IMG/VR virus record: IMGVR_UViG_3300027704_000014
Location: 20,916 to 84,915 of that record
Origin: a virus
Reading direction: 5' to 3' (one strand)
DNA length: 64,000 bases
Each line of letters starts with the position of its first letter. Positions within the stretch are counted from its first letter, which is position 1. The translations under genes were made by a program, and so were the position numbers. The notes under the pieces are model-generated. The model was not told the origin of the DNA, searched no databases, and saw nothing but the letters and a program-made list of their open reading frames with translations. This document shows positions 54,533 to 64,000 of the stretch, piece by piece.

Positions 54533-56545
54533 TTATTTTATGCCTATTACTGCTTCGACAACACCTTGGTTGCCGTCTGTTTTGTTCTCTAATGATCTAC
54601 CAATGATTGCTTGTATAGGTGTATTTTCATCCACTGCCCATGCTAATCCTGGTACGTCACTAGACGTTAATCTTTGTCCTTTACTGACTTTACCAATTAC
54701 TTTAACAGGTACTCTGCCCTGTAGTGCAACCGGAAGACCGTCAATGTCTTTGTTCATTAAGTATGCTGGATCTGTTGAGATAACTCCAAATACTTCTGTG
54801 TCTGCATGTTCTGTTGTCATTGTTATTTCAGCATCGCCACCAATCTTAACAACTGTGCCTGCTTCATAATCTGCGTCTGTTGTGTATTTCTCAGCCAAAT
54901 CCGCATAACGTGCCTGTGTTGCTACACCACTAAACAAAGTTGCTGTTACTGTACCACTAAAGTTACCTGTAGTTGCACCAGTTAAAGCACCACTTGTTAA
55001 TTGTGCTGTACCGTCTGTTAACACCGAACCTGTTACAGTAGCTAAAGAAGTAATTCCTTGAGCACCTGTAATAGCACCATTATTGATTGAAACTGTACCA
55101 TCTGTAAGTGTATCACCAGTTACTGTACCTGACATAGTAGCAGTTGCTCCTGCAATACTACCAGTTACGTCACCAGCTAAATCACCTGTAAATGTTGTTG
55201 CACTTACTGCTGTTGTTGACAATGTGCCTGTACTTGGCACATAACTAAGTGAAGCATGTGCCCTAGTATCTAAGTTACCTGATGTTCCTTGTCCTAAAAA
55301 TACACTATGCGATACTGCAGGACTTGCAGGAGCAGTTACAATAACTTTTCCTGATACTAATGCAGTTGAAGTTGTTGCTGATTGCAACGTAGAATAGTTA
55401 ACAATGTCTGTGGCTGCTGTTGCTGTTGTAGCTATTGTACCAGTTGTTAATGTTACTGCATCAATATCTGCACTTTCTAGGTTAGTTAAAGTATTTACAT
55501 TAGTAAAGTCTAAATCACCTGATACAGTTAAGTCGTTTACAAACAATGAATTAACTTGATTTGTAGCATTACCAATGTTAACAGTTCCAATAATGCCAAC
55601 TGTTTGAGGAGTTCCTGCATTACCTATTTGAATTGTATCTGTATGTAAAGTACCAAATCTATTAGTAGCATTACCTAATGTGTAGTTAGTGCTAACAGTA
55701 CCGCTTGGTACCCAGTTAGTAGAACCTACATGAATATAATCTGCGGCTGGAACTATTGTTCCGCCAACGTTAAAAGCGTTTGCTTTATCTGCGAATGCAC
55801 TTGTATCTGCTTGAGCAATACTTGCATCTGTGTAATCTGCTCTAAGGTTCATACCCTTAGTAATTGTACCACTAAAACTATTTACATTTGACAACGTAGC
55901 ATAGTAAGGATCAGTTGGGTCAACTGTGAATGCTGTATCAGAGAAGATAGCCATAACAGTTGCACCTGCACTGTCGTGTTGCGTATCTGCTAATTCACCC
56001 GGACTTGAGCCGTCACTTATATATTTTATTGCTACAACCGGAACAACACTTGGTGAACCACCTTGTGATTTTAAGAATAATGTTTCAGTTTTTGCACCGT
56101 AATTTGATGCACTACCTGACTCAGCACCTGTTACTGCTGATGTAACTGTACCACCTGGTAATACTGCATCTCTAAAAACAGCACCATCGTAAACTTTTAA
56201 TTTGTCTTCTGTAGTATTAAAATACTGAGTACCTGTTACTACTTCTTCTGTAATATCAGTTGCACTAGTCGGTACTAATGATGTTCTTGCCCATGTTGCG
56301 CCATTGTAAACTCGTAAAGTGTTTTCGCCTTTATCGTACCATAATTGGCCAGTCGGCAAGTAAGTAGCACTAGGAGGTGTATTACCCGCAAAGTTTTCTA
56401 AATGTCGAACAGTATTTGTAAAAATACTTTGACCGTAATTGGTAGCGTTTCGCCCAATAACAGTCAGCGACAACGAACTACTGTCTTTTGCTTCGTCGTT
56501 TACGGTTATTACATCGCCGTTATTTGTTGTTACTGAATACGCCAT
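54533..56545 (-). CDS. tail fibre/baseplate protein with C-terminal chaperone-like domain
   Basis: N-terminal IGRN..NYG......LENFA...P......GQLWYD; Thr/Gly-rich body; C-terminal YADLAEKY...GVISTDPAYLMN...GRVPVKV. Confidence 0.75.
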   Translation of the reverse strand: MAYSVTTNNGDVITVNDEAKDSSSLSLTVIGRNATNYGQSIFTNTVRHLENFAGNTPPSATYLPTGQLWYDKGENTLRVYNGATWARTSLVPTSATDITEEVVTGTQYFNTTEDKLKVYDGAVFRDAVLPGGTVTSAVTGAESGSASNYGAKTETLFLKSQGGSPSVVPVVAIKYISDGSSPGELADTQHDSAGATVMAIFSDTAFTVDPTDPYYATLSNVNSFSGTITKGMNLRADYTDASIAQADTSAFADKANAFNVGGTIVPAADYIHVGSTNWVPSGTVSTNYTLGNATNRFGTLHTDTIQIGNAGTPQTVGIIGTVNIGNATNQVNSLFVNDLTVSGDLDFTNVNTLTNLESADIDAVTLTTGTIATTATAATDIVNYSTLQSATTSTALVSGKVIVTAPASPAVSHSVFLGQGTSGNLDTRAHASLSYVPSTGTLSTTAVSATTFTGDLAGDVTGSIAGATATMSGTVTGDTLTDGTVSINNGAITGAQGITSLATVTGSVLTDGTAQLTSGALTGATTGNFSGTVTATLFSGVATQARYADLAEKYTTDADYEAGTVVKIGGDAEITMTTEHADTEVFGVISTDPAYLMNKDIDGLPVALQGRVPVKVIGKVSKGQRLTSSDVPGLAWAVDENTPIQAIIGRSLENKTDGNQGVVEAVIGIK

Positions 56546-56561
56546 TTAATTATTCCTAGTT

Positions 56562-57194
56562 TTAACTTAACTGAACCCTAATCGTATAAATTATTTCAAT
56601 CACCCTGTTCTGGCTTTTCTGAACTGGATGAAAGATTACATGTGTTAACATTTTCGAATCATCGAACGAAGTAGCATTTGTAAATACTCCCAACTCATCA
56701 AAAACATAGTCACCTACGTTTGTTGTACTGCTATCAAATACATCTTGACCTGCGGGTTCGTTGTATCCTAACGTCACTGTCATTTTAATATCAGTATAAG
56801 AAGCTCCGGTAATTATTTCAATTTTATTATCCGAATCTGACTCTACACCCTGTATATCTTTATGATATGTCTTGTTATACAGCGATGCCGATGCTTCATA
56901 TGCTTCACTTACTCTAGGGGAACGATATAAAACCTTTCCACCTGCAGCGTCAACACTTGTTCCACCGTTGCCAAAAGCAATAAAATTAACATATGAATCA
57001 GCGGTATTATTTAATGCCTCTGCTACAATCCTTGCCATGTTACCGTAGTGAATGGCATTTCTTTTGTTGATAAATTCTTCTTTAGTATCCGCATCACGAA
57101 TAATAATGTGCCCGGACATGTTTAGTCCAGCATTATCAACAACTTCTTCTTGATTGTCCATATGATTCAACTCATTTACCTTGTCTTCTTGCAT
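56562..57194 (-). CDS. baseplate/tail-collar structural protein
   Basis: GHIIIRD...NAIH, FGNGG, FDELG, THVIFHPVQKS.NR.IEI.YT.R. Confidence 0.65.
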   Translation of the reverse strand: MQEDKVNELNHMDNQEEVVDNAGLNMSGHIIIRDADTKEEFINKRNAIHYGNMARIVAEALNNTADSYVNFIAFGNGGTSVDAAGGKVLYRSPRVSEAYEASASLYNKTYHKDIQGVESDSDNKIEIITGASYTDIKMTVTLGYNEPAGQDVFDSSTTNVGDYVFDELGVFTNATSFDDSKMLTHVIFHPVQKSQNRVIEIIYTIRVQLS

Positions 57195-57200
57195 TGTACT

Positions 57201-57208
57201 TATTTATC
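57201..57208 (-). promoter_or_regulatory. T4-late-like promoter (GATAAATA), 6 nt before ATG
   Basis: GATAAATA-AGTACA-ATG with no SD. Confidence 0.6.
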
Positions 57209-57227
57209 ACTTTTCATTAAACTATGT

Positions 57228-60200
57228 TTAAATGCTGTCCCAGCCAACCTGATCCCAACCTTTACTGTCAAAGCCAACACTTGATACTGAATCACCGTGT
57301 AAGAATGCAGCAATTGTGCTTCCACTTCCGGTGTTTCTGTTTGTAATATCTGTAATACTTGTTTGTGATCCGTCTGCCTTTAACCAGTTTGCAACATTAG
57401 GATCTCTAGCTTCTGATCCTGCAGTTCCGCCTTCTATAAGTGTAGCATCAAATACATCTGATTTACCAGCTGATACAACAGAAACACCCGCTTCGTGCTT
57501 AATATATGTATTGGATAATGTAGCTACATCGTCGACGTATATATAAGCAGGGCCATTTGGTATAGTAGTACCTCTAGTACCTCTTGTAATACCCGATAAC
57601 TTGTTGCCTGCAACACGAAGATATTCTATACGCTCACTGTTATCCAACCATGCTGCACCCGGTATACCTGGCTTAGGTATCGGTAACTTAGTAGCGTTTA
57701 TAACTGTAATTTCGGTATCCCATGCATTAATAACAGATGCAGTTGAGGTTGAACCTGAACCATCTGATAATACTCTTAGATACTCATCTGCACCAAACAA
57801 GTCTTGGTGTACAATATATTCTGTTCTTGCTGATGCTACACCACTTGTAATACTAACGTTACCTGCTGTAGTAATAATTGTACTATCTACGCCTGCTAAC
57901 GGTATTTCAAAAGTTGAGCTTGTAACATTTGCAATTGTGAACGAAGCATTTAAAATTGTACTGCCTTCATCTGTTAGTGTAACAACATCATTATTAACAA
58001 GCAATGAAGCCGCTTGTGGACTTGTAATTGTTACAACACTACTTACAGAATTCGAAATTGCGTCTGCTGTATACGGTCCAATACCAATTGAAGCAACCGG
58101 TGTATTGTTTCCATCATATGCGTTTGTATCTGTTACAACATGCATGACAAAGTTTTCTAAAGGACTTAGATAAACAAGTTCTTCTGGTCTTTCATTTCCA
58201 TATAATACGTGGCTAAATGTTGCACCATCAAATCCTGAATATGTAACACCGCCTTCTCTGTATGTGCTGTTACCACTAAACAAGCCTTCGAAGTTTTGTA
58301 CGTTAATCAGACTATCGAACTGTGAACCAAATCCATCTGTGTAATCAAACGGTGATGTATCGTAACCAAATGAGCTTTGTAATGCTAATGAATCTTGTCC
58401 GTTAACACCCATCGTAAATACGTTTGCATCTAATTCCTCACCTTGCCATGTGCCACCAACTTTTTGTTTAACTAAGTACAATGTCCCATTTAATGCACCA
58501 GCAACTACTGCTGTTTGCATTTTAGTTGAATCTGTTGTAATACTTGTATTAGCACTTGCACCACTGCCGTAATAAAGATCAATCTCTGAATTAAACTTAG
58601 CTCTAACATCAGTATCAAACTTAAATAGTCTGCCACTTGCTGTATAACTGTTAGATGCAACATTACTTACGTTTACTATGCTGTTTGCATTAATGTCTGC
58701 AATGTTTTGTCCTATGCTAACATTATAACTTGTAGTTGATGCGTCATGTCCTGCTTGTAGCAAACGCCAATCTGTTCTATCAAATACTATGTTAATTTTA
58801 TTAGCACGAACTGGTGTAGTATTTTCCCAATGCACTTGATCAGTTTTATAGCCGCCATATGCTTTCGTGTAATCACTGTTGTTAGCCATAATTGCTCTAT
58901 CAGTGCCTACAGTAAAGTCTAATGTTCTAACTTCGCCTATTAATGGATCTGGGTATGCCGGTACGTCAAAGTCACTTAACATTTGTTCATTAATGTATTC
59001 TAGTGGAGCACGTTTACCATCTTTATATTCTCTAATTTTTGCAGTGTAAGGCTTGACTTCATTCATGTATTCTGTTACACTGTTAAAGTTGTCAGGTTTG
59101 AATCCTATACGCTGTACAAGATCTTCTTCCTCTTTTTCAATGTAGATATAAGAAGTTTTGAACGCCCAATCTAATTCTTGCTGTTCGCCTAACGCATACT
59201 TCAACATTTCAAAGAATACTTCATTAAAGTTTGCAGTAGAAGTAAACACTATATCTTTAAGTGCTATTAACAATGCTCGTAATTCTGTTTGCATTGTTGT
59301 ATTAGCATCGTCTGTATAAATTGTGTCTTTTAATTTTACTGTTTCTTTTTCAATAGCAATTTGATAGAACTTACTAGCAGTAGGGTTCCATCGCCATAAC
59401 TGGAATCTATCACTCTTGCCTGCTTTAACCATTACTATTGTGCCGTCGACAATAGTATTGCTGTTTAGTTTATCTAGTTCTTTAACACTTGCTACAGTAA
59501 ATGATGCTTTGTATGTATTATCAAATCTAATTTTTGCATTAGTAATATCATCAACACGTTTTACATCAAACCAGTTTATAGTTTCAATATATGTGTTAGT
59601 AGTTATTGCTGAATCCCACCCAGGATATAAAGTGTTTAACTTTGTATCTGCTAGTATCTCATTTAAGATATACTGTAATACTCGTCTTGCTTGCTTAGGT
59701 TTCTTAAACATTGTTTGACGAGGACGGAATGCAACACCGTATCTTTCAATCTCACTAAGATTGTCTGCAGGTACTTTGTTTCCTGCAGCATCTATTTCGC
59801 ATAAACTATCAATTAGCTTTAGTGCTATATCTTCTGGTACTGTACTATTGTTATCATTTTCTCTTAACAGTTTCCATGAAGCATGTTTTAGCCCTACTGG
59901 ATTAATATTTCTGCTTAAATTAATTTGTATGTTTTGCTCATCTTCACGCAATGTTTTAGTAAGGTTGCCCATTACAAAACTTGCAACATTAGTATTAGCA
60001 ATACTAACTGCATCACGCTCATGCACACCTGCACTGATATAGCTCACAGTGTTTAAGCCTTGCCCAATTGGATCTGCTAAGTATCTAGCTAGATTAAATG
60101 TGCTTGTTTTTCTGCCAGCTAGTTGTGATGCCAATGTAGAAATTGTGCTTACATTTTGTACCCAGTAGTAATAACAGTTTATGTAAAGATTAGACACTGG

Positions 60201-63200
60201 GTCTAGTCTTCGTTCAATAATAAACTCGCTACCGTTCTTAGGTGTTCCTGTGCCGCCAGCATCTGCATACTCTAATGGAGTAACTTTACTTTCGACCCAT
60301 TCGTATACTGTAATTGCACTGCCTGGGAATGTACTACCCCAATTTAACCAACGCTCTCTGTTTGTGCCTTGCTCATACCAGTTGTATCTAACTGTGCTAG
60401 TGTCCCACCATACTTGTCCAACATTTGGCTTGCCAAATACAGCACGTTGTGTTGTATAAACAACAGGGTCTGATTTTCCAGTGTATGTAATTTCAGCATC
60501 AACAAATGCAGGTAATACGCCTTTGAACGGATCCCACATATCATAATCAAAGTCTTTTTGACCTGTTGTGGAATCATATATAATTGTATTTTTAATGTAC
60601 TTAGGATCTACAAGAGCTTCCTGATATCTATTTTTAGAACCGTCAGCAATATTTAAGTATGCCCAACCTTTGCCTTCGTAATCATCAACCCATACATTAC
60701 CTAGTGTACTTATATTAGTGTCATCGCCATTTCTTACTACAACGTTTGCTGTACTACTTGCATATCTTAAACTCTCTAAGTACAATACTTTTGCATCTCT
60801 AGCATCGTTAGTAGAGCTTACAAACGTACCGTCTAAGTTTCTTAATTCGTATTGATATAAGTCGCCAACATAAGTAGCGTTAGCGCCGCCTAACATACTA
60901 CTACCGTCACTTCTGAAACCACCGTTGTCTACTCCGTAGATAACCATTGTTTCTTCTGGTAGCTCTGTGCCAGTGCCGTCTGAAGCGTTATTGCCGTTGT
61001 CGCCTGTGCCGTCGATACCTAAACCGCCATCGCCACCATTGCCTAAACCGCTATCACCGCCGTTGCCTAAACCGCCAAGGCCGCCATTGATAGCATCGTT
61101 GATACCAGCTGCATCTGTGAGGTTTTTATCATTTTGCGGAGTGCCGTCTACTACTGTCATCTTTCCAATATCGTTATCATATGAGCCTGCTGGAAGTCCT
61201 AGTTTTTCTAAAATACCAGGTGTCCTCTCATCAATTATAATGCCGTCATAGTCTGGGAAATCACCGTTTAACTGATCTATATCATCATTGATTGGCGTAA
61301 TAGACCAAGTAACACTATTAGGATCGTAGCCTGCTGCTAAGAAAGCTGCATTTATTAAGTCTGCTAAATGCTCTGTTGTAGAGTAGTCACGAATAACATC
61401 TGGTAAACCTAACTTGCTTAATACATCTGCTTTCTCTGAACAGTCTGGAATTTCTCTTGCTGTTAAGAATATTCTAGCACCTGATCCAGCTTGGCCGTGT
61501 CCTGTTAGACTTCCGTACTTGCCTGCTGATGGAACATAAGTTCCTGGCTCTGGTAGCACCTGGCCTGTAACTGGATCAATTTCTCCTAGACCTGATCCAC
61601 CCGACGATGCACTATCACCGATGTTAGGGTAATCATATTCTAACGGTATACCAGTGCTTAGGTCTGATGGGAATTGCTTGTACACACCTCTGTCAATTAC
61701 GCTTAATCCTAAAATTGCGTTTGTATCAGGATCAACTGCTGTAACAACAAACTTAGCAACACGATCCGGTGTGCCTTTTGTTTCAACGTAAACACCTTGT
61801 GCGTTTAGTTGTTCAGTTTTAATTATAGCTCTAACCTTACAAGGTATAAGTTGTGTAGGAGTTGAACCTGCGCCTGTGTCAATAATTCGTATAACTGGCG
61901 GTCTAGCTGGATCGTATCCGTATCCGCCTTCGCCCATAATAATTGTGCTTATACCATTTTGTTCATCAAAGGTAACACCTATTGCTTCAGCTTTAGAACC
62001 AGGTGATGTTCCGTCACCTACAAATACTTTAACATTGCCTTCTGACGAATAATTTGCACCCGGTATTTCTATACATAATTCTCTAATGCTACCAAACGGT
62101 GATGCTACTGGTGTACCACCAATAACTCTTAATCTGTCGCCAACTGTATATCCACTACCGCCTGTAAACGTAGTAGTACTTGTATTAGTAGGTGTTTGTG
62201 TAACTACATTGCCATCGGAAGTATTAGACATGCTTACTGAACCAGTTGACATAGTAGCCGGTGTGCCGTTAATATTGTACAGCCCTATTGGATATAAACC
62301 TGTTGTTGTAGTTGTAACTCCGTTAGCATCTGATTCAGAAATAAATGGTGCTGTTCGCATTCCTAATTGTTGGAAACTTCTTACAATGTGGAAATCTAAT
62401 ACTTCTTTGTATGCTCCACCTCTGCAACCGTCTCTGAGAGTTATCGGTGCTGATCCACAACTGGATATTTTAATTGCTGTCTTACCGTTCTTGGTTGTTG
62501 GCATTGTTGTGTAGCCAAATCCTGCAGAGCATTCAATTTCTCGTAGTGTTGCTGCAGGCGTGCCTTTAATGCTGATGGATCTATTATTAATTATAAATTC
62601 ATCACCTGGTACCATTCCTATTAAATCATCTTCGGTCACCACAGCACCCGGTGTTGGTCGAATTAACTCGACATCTACTACAGGGCCTGCAGGCAGACGA
62701 CGTTTTGTTCCATCTGGATTTTCTATATCGATAGTTGGCTGGAACGTTATCACTGGATCAATAGTAAAATCTATACCATCTGTAATTGGACTATCATCTG
62801 AACTTAAAGTTTCAGGTGGTGTTAATGATCTGCCGTATGCCGCATTGCCTGAGTTTGTTGAGTCATATACACTAGCACCTGGGATAATTGTTGGTGGTCC
62901 TGCAGGAGTAGTAGTAAATACTGCATTGCTAAATCCTGGTATGCCTGATGTACTGCCAACACTATTTGTGCCAGATCCGCCTGTGCCGTTTGTGCCGTAG
63001 CCTGATGTGTTTCCACCAGAATTAAATCCGTTAGTTGCACCCGAAGCTGCTGAACCTGGATTACTTAGATTTTGTAGATCGTAATTGCTACTGCCTATCT
63101 TCAATAACTGATGTTCTACAGTAATGTTTTTCATTGTACCAGAATTGCCTAAATGACTAGATCCAGGATACATACTTAAATTAAGACCATTAATTCCTCT

Positions 63201-64000
63201 GTTAGGAATTCTAATTGGTTTTTGTAGAGCAGCACTTAGCGGAATTATGTTACCGCCGGAAACACGTTGTAAAGTATTGTTTACATATCTATTATTGGTT
63301 AAGTCTGCTGGTCTGCCAATGTTCTGTGGGTTTACAGTTTTTACTGTTTTCTTAAACACACTAGGCATATGAGTGTAGCCTGCCATTGGCGCGGCACTAA
63401 ATCCACCATAGTTATGTACATAAGTAACTCCAGGGAACTGTGCCTTCTTAGCCCAACCGCCTCGTCCGAGATATTGAATTCCGCCTCCGCCCATAACATT
63501 ACCGATACTAATTTTTGGTTTTGTTGTAGGCTGTCCGGTTGGACTATATGTAGGTGTTGCTTTATAACCTGTCCATTTTGGTGCTGCTGAGCCTGCTCCT
63601 GTGTAATTACCTGCTGGCGTACTAGGTGCAATTTTGCCTGTCTTAGTTGTAGTAGGATAACAAATTACATATCTGTAAACATTGCTAAGTTTTTGAATTT
63701 TAAGTTTTAAGTAAGACCCTGCTCCAGGATTAAAGTTAAATTCTATAACACCACAGTACTTAATACCATCACCTGACTTTGTAAAGTCTTGTGGGAAGTT
63801 GCCATTACTGGTGTTTGGATTGTAACCACGATGTTTTCCACCTATGTGGTTAGCGTATGCTGGAACAGCTTTCGAAGTTTTAATTTTTTCTTTTTCTGCT
63901 GCTGTTGCTTTCCTAACAGTTGCACCGGTAAATCCTTTACGTTTGCCTGTTGTTTGATTTTTTTGCTGTATTTGAATTGCTTCAAGTATATCAGGTGCAC
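57228..64000 (-). CDS. very large virion structural (baseplate-like) protein, 5' end outside the window
   Basis: Frame read by hand stays open from 63494 to the window end (at least 2256 aa); DPFKG, VGQVWWDTS, YEWVES, WAFKTS, EVKPY..KIRE, RGTRGT. Confidence 0.75.
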   Translation of the reverse strand, partial: APDILEAIQIQQKNQTTGKRKGFTGATVRKATAAEKEKIKTSKAVPAYANHIGGKHRGYNPNTSNGNFPQDFTKSGDGIKYCGVIEFNFNPGAGSYLKLKIQKLSNVYRYVICYPTTTKTGKIAPSTPAGNYTGAGSAAPKWTGYKATPTYSPTGQPTTKPKISIGNVMGGGGIQYLGRGGWAKKAQFPGVTYVHNYGGFSAAPMAGYTHMPSVFKKTVKTVNPQNIGRPADLTNNRYVNNTLQRVSGGNIIPLSAALQKPIRIPNRGINGLNLSMYPGSSHLGNSGTMKNITVEHQLLKIGSSNYDLQNLSNPGSAASGATNGFNSGGNTSGYGTNGTGGSGTNSVGSTSGIPGFSNAVFTTTPAGPPTIIPGASVYDSTNSGNAAYGRSLTPPETLSSDDSPITDGIDFTIDPVITFQPTIDIENPDGTKRRLPAGPVVDVELIRPTPGAVVTEDDLIGMVPGDEFIINNRSISIKGTPAATLREIECSAGFGYTTMPTTKNGKTAIKISSCGSAPITLRDGCRGGAYKEVLDFHIVRSFQQLGMRTAPFISESDANGVTTTTTGLYPIGLYNINGTPATMSTGSVSMSNTSDGNVVTQTPTNTSTTTFTGGSGYTVGDRLRVIGGTPVASPFGSIRELCIEIPGANYSSEGNVKVFVGDGTSPGSKAEAIGVTFDEQNGISTIIMGEGGYGYDPARPPVIRIIDTGAGSTPTQLIPCKVRAIIKTEQLNAQGVYVETKGTPDRVAKFVVTAVDPDTNAILGLSVIDRGVYKQFPSDLSTGIPLEYDYPNIGDSASSGGSGLGEIDPVTGQVLPEPGTYVPSAGKYGSLTGHGQAGSGARIFLTAREIPDCSEKADVLSKLGLPDVIRDYSTTEHLADLINAAFLAAGYDPNSVTWSITPINDDIDQLNGDFPDYDGIIIDERTPGILEKLGLPAGSYDNDIGKMTVVDGTPQNDKNLTDAAGINDAINGGLGGLGNGGDSGLGNGGDGGLGIDGTGDNGNNASDGTGTELPEETMVIYGVDNGGFRSDGSSMLGGANATYVGDLYQYELRNLDGTFVSSTNDARDAKVLYLESLRYASSTANVVVRNGDDTNISTLGNVWVDDYEGKGWAYLNIADGSKNRYQEALVDPKYIKNTIIYDSTTGQKDFDYDMWDPFKGVLPAFVDAEITYTGKSDPVVYTTQRAVFGKPNVGQVWWDTSTVRYNWYEQGTNRERWLNWGSTFPGSAITVYEWVESKVTPLEYADAGGTGTPKNGSEFIIERRLDPVSNLYINCYYYWVQNVSTISTLASQLAGRKTSTFNLARYLADPIGQGLNTVSYISAGVHERDAVSIANTNVASFVMGNLTKTLREDEQNIQINLSRNINPVGLKHASWKLLRENDNNSTVPEDIALKLIDSLCEIDAAGNKVPADNLSEIERYGVAFRPRQTMFKKPKQARRVLQYILNEILADTKLNTLYPGWDSAITTNTYIETINWFDVKRVDDITNAKIRFDNTYKASFTVASVKELDKLNSNTIVDGTIVMVKAGKSDRFQLWRWNPTASKFYQIAIEKETVKLKDTIYTDDANTTMQTELRALLIALKDIVFTSTANFNEVFFEMLKYALGEQQELDWAFKTSYIYIEKEEEDLVQRIGFKPDNFNSVTEYMNEVKPYTAKIREYKDGKRAPLEYINEQMLSDFDVPAYPDPLIGEVRTLDFTVGTDRAIMANNSDYTKAYGGYKTDQVHWENTTPVRANKINIVFDRTDWRLLQAGHDASTTSYNVSIGQNIADINANSIVNVSNVASNSYTASGRLFKFDTDVRAKFNSEIDLYYGSGASANTSITTDSTKMQTAVVAGALNGTLYLVKQKVGGTWQGEELDANVFTMGVNGQDSLALQSSFGYDTSPFDYTDGFGSQFDSLINVQNFEGLFSGNSTYREGGVTYSGFDGATFSHVLYGNERPEELVYLSPLENFVMHVVTDTNAYDGNNTPVASIGIGPYTADAISNSVSSVVTITSPQAASLLVNNDVVTLTDEGSTILNASFTIANVTSSTFEIPLAGVDSTIITTAGNVSITSGVASARTEYIVHQDLFGADEYLRVLSDGSGSTSTASVINAWDTEITVINATKLPIPKPGIPGAAWLDNSERIEYLRVAGNKLSGITRGTRGTTIPNGPAYIYVDDVATLSNTYIKHEAGVSVVSAGKSDVFDATLIEGGTAGSEARDPNVANWLKADGSQTSITDITNRNTGSGSTIAAFLHGDSVSSVGFDSKGWDQVGWDSI

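Noticed and set aside
61000-61095. GC-rich short repeats as a separate element
   Set aside because: They simply encode the Gly-rich linker of the giant structural protein.
590-63631. Many 60-190 aa ORFs antisense to or nested in longer genes (e.g. 6095-6553, 53963-54520, 57601-58173, 62086-63000)
   Set aside because: They are shadows of motif-bearing genes, have no RBS or motifs, and their composition reflects the opposite strand's codon bias.
1-64000. Bacterial chromosome or bacterial secondary-metabolite island
   Set aside because: Baseplate and tail genes, T4-like RNase H, TAAATA late motifs, dense small unknown ORFs, and no transporters or regulators point to a phage.
1-64000. Stop-codon reassignment
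   Set aside because: Recognisable genes are full length in the standard code, and TAA, TAG and TGA all end genes with tight coupling.
1-64000. tRNA, rRNA, CRISPR array, IS element, intein or intron
   Set aside because: None was recognised by eye. Intergenic gaps are short and enzymes show no large splice-type insertions. A formal scan was not possible.

Overview
This window is a gene-dense segment of a large tailed-phage genome (myovirus, T4-superfamily style), in the standard genetic code. The host is probably a Gram-negative proteobacterium (inferred from Fpr, GrxD, FabZ and envelope-protein genes). The left arm (1-17560, + strand) runs from sigma70-consensus promoters. It holds a 7-deazaguanine-type module (GT-B glycosyltransferase, GalE, PRTase, FolE, MazG-like, Fpr, atypical QueE), an RNase H-like nuclease, two glutaredoxins, FabZ and a MoxR AAA+/vWA-peptidase pair. 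Between that pair is a hairpin whose loop is complementary to both genes' ribosome-binding sites. The right arm (17603-64000, mostly - strand) carries T4-late-like TAAATA motifs. It runs from virion/baseplate/tail-fibre genes into a ~35 kb sugar-building and tailoring cluster: about 8 glycosyltransferase-like genes (one with 11 tandem units), 2 UDP-sugar dehydrogenases, 5 tandem radical SAM enzymes, a B12-dependent radical SAM, amidinotransferase, DegT aminotransferase, carbamoyltransferase, 2OG-Fe(II) oxygenase, 3 SGNH-like proteins and a methyltransferase. The best candidate for an undescribed system is this late-expressed pathway using aminoglycoside-like chemistry, probably to decorate the virion. 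The second is a possibly glycosylated deazaguanine DNA modification. All family calls come from motif recognition by eye; no searches were run.
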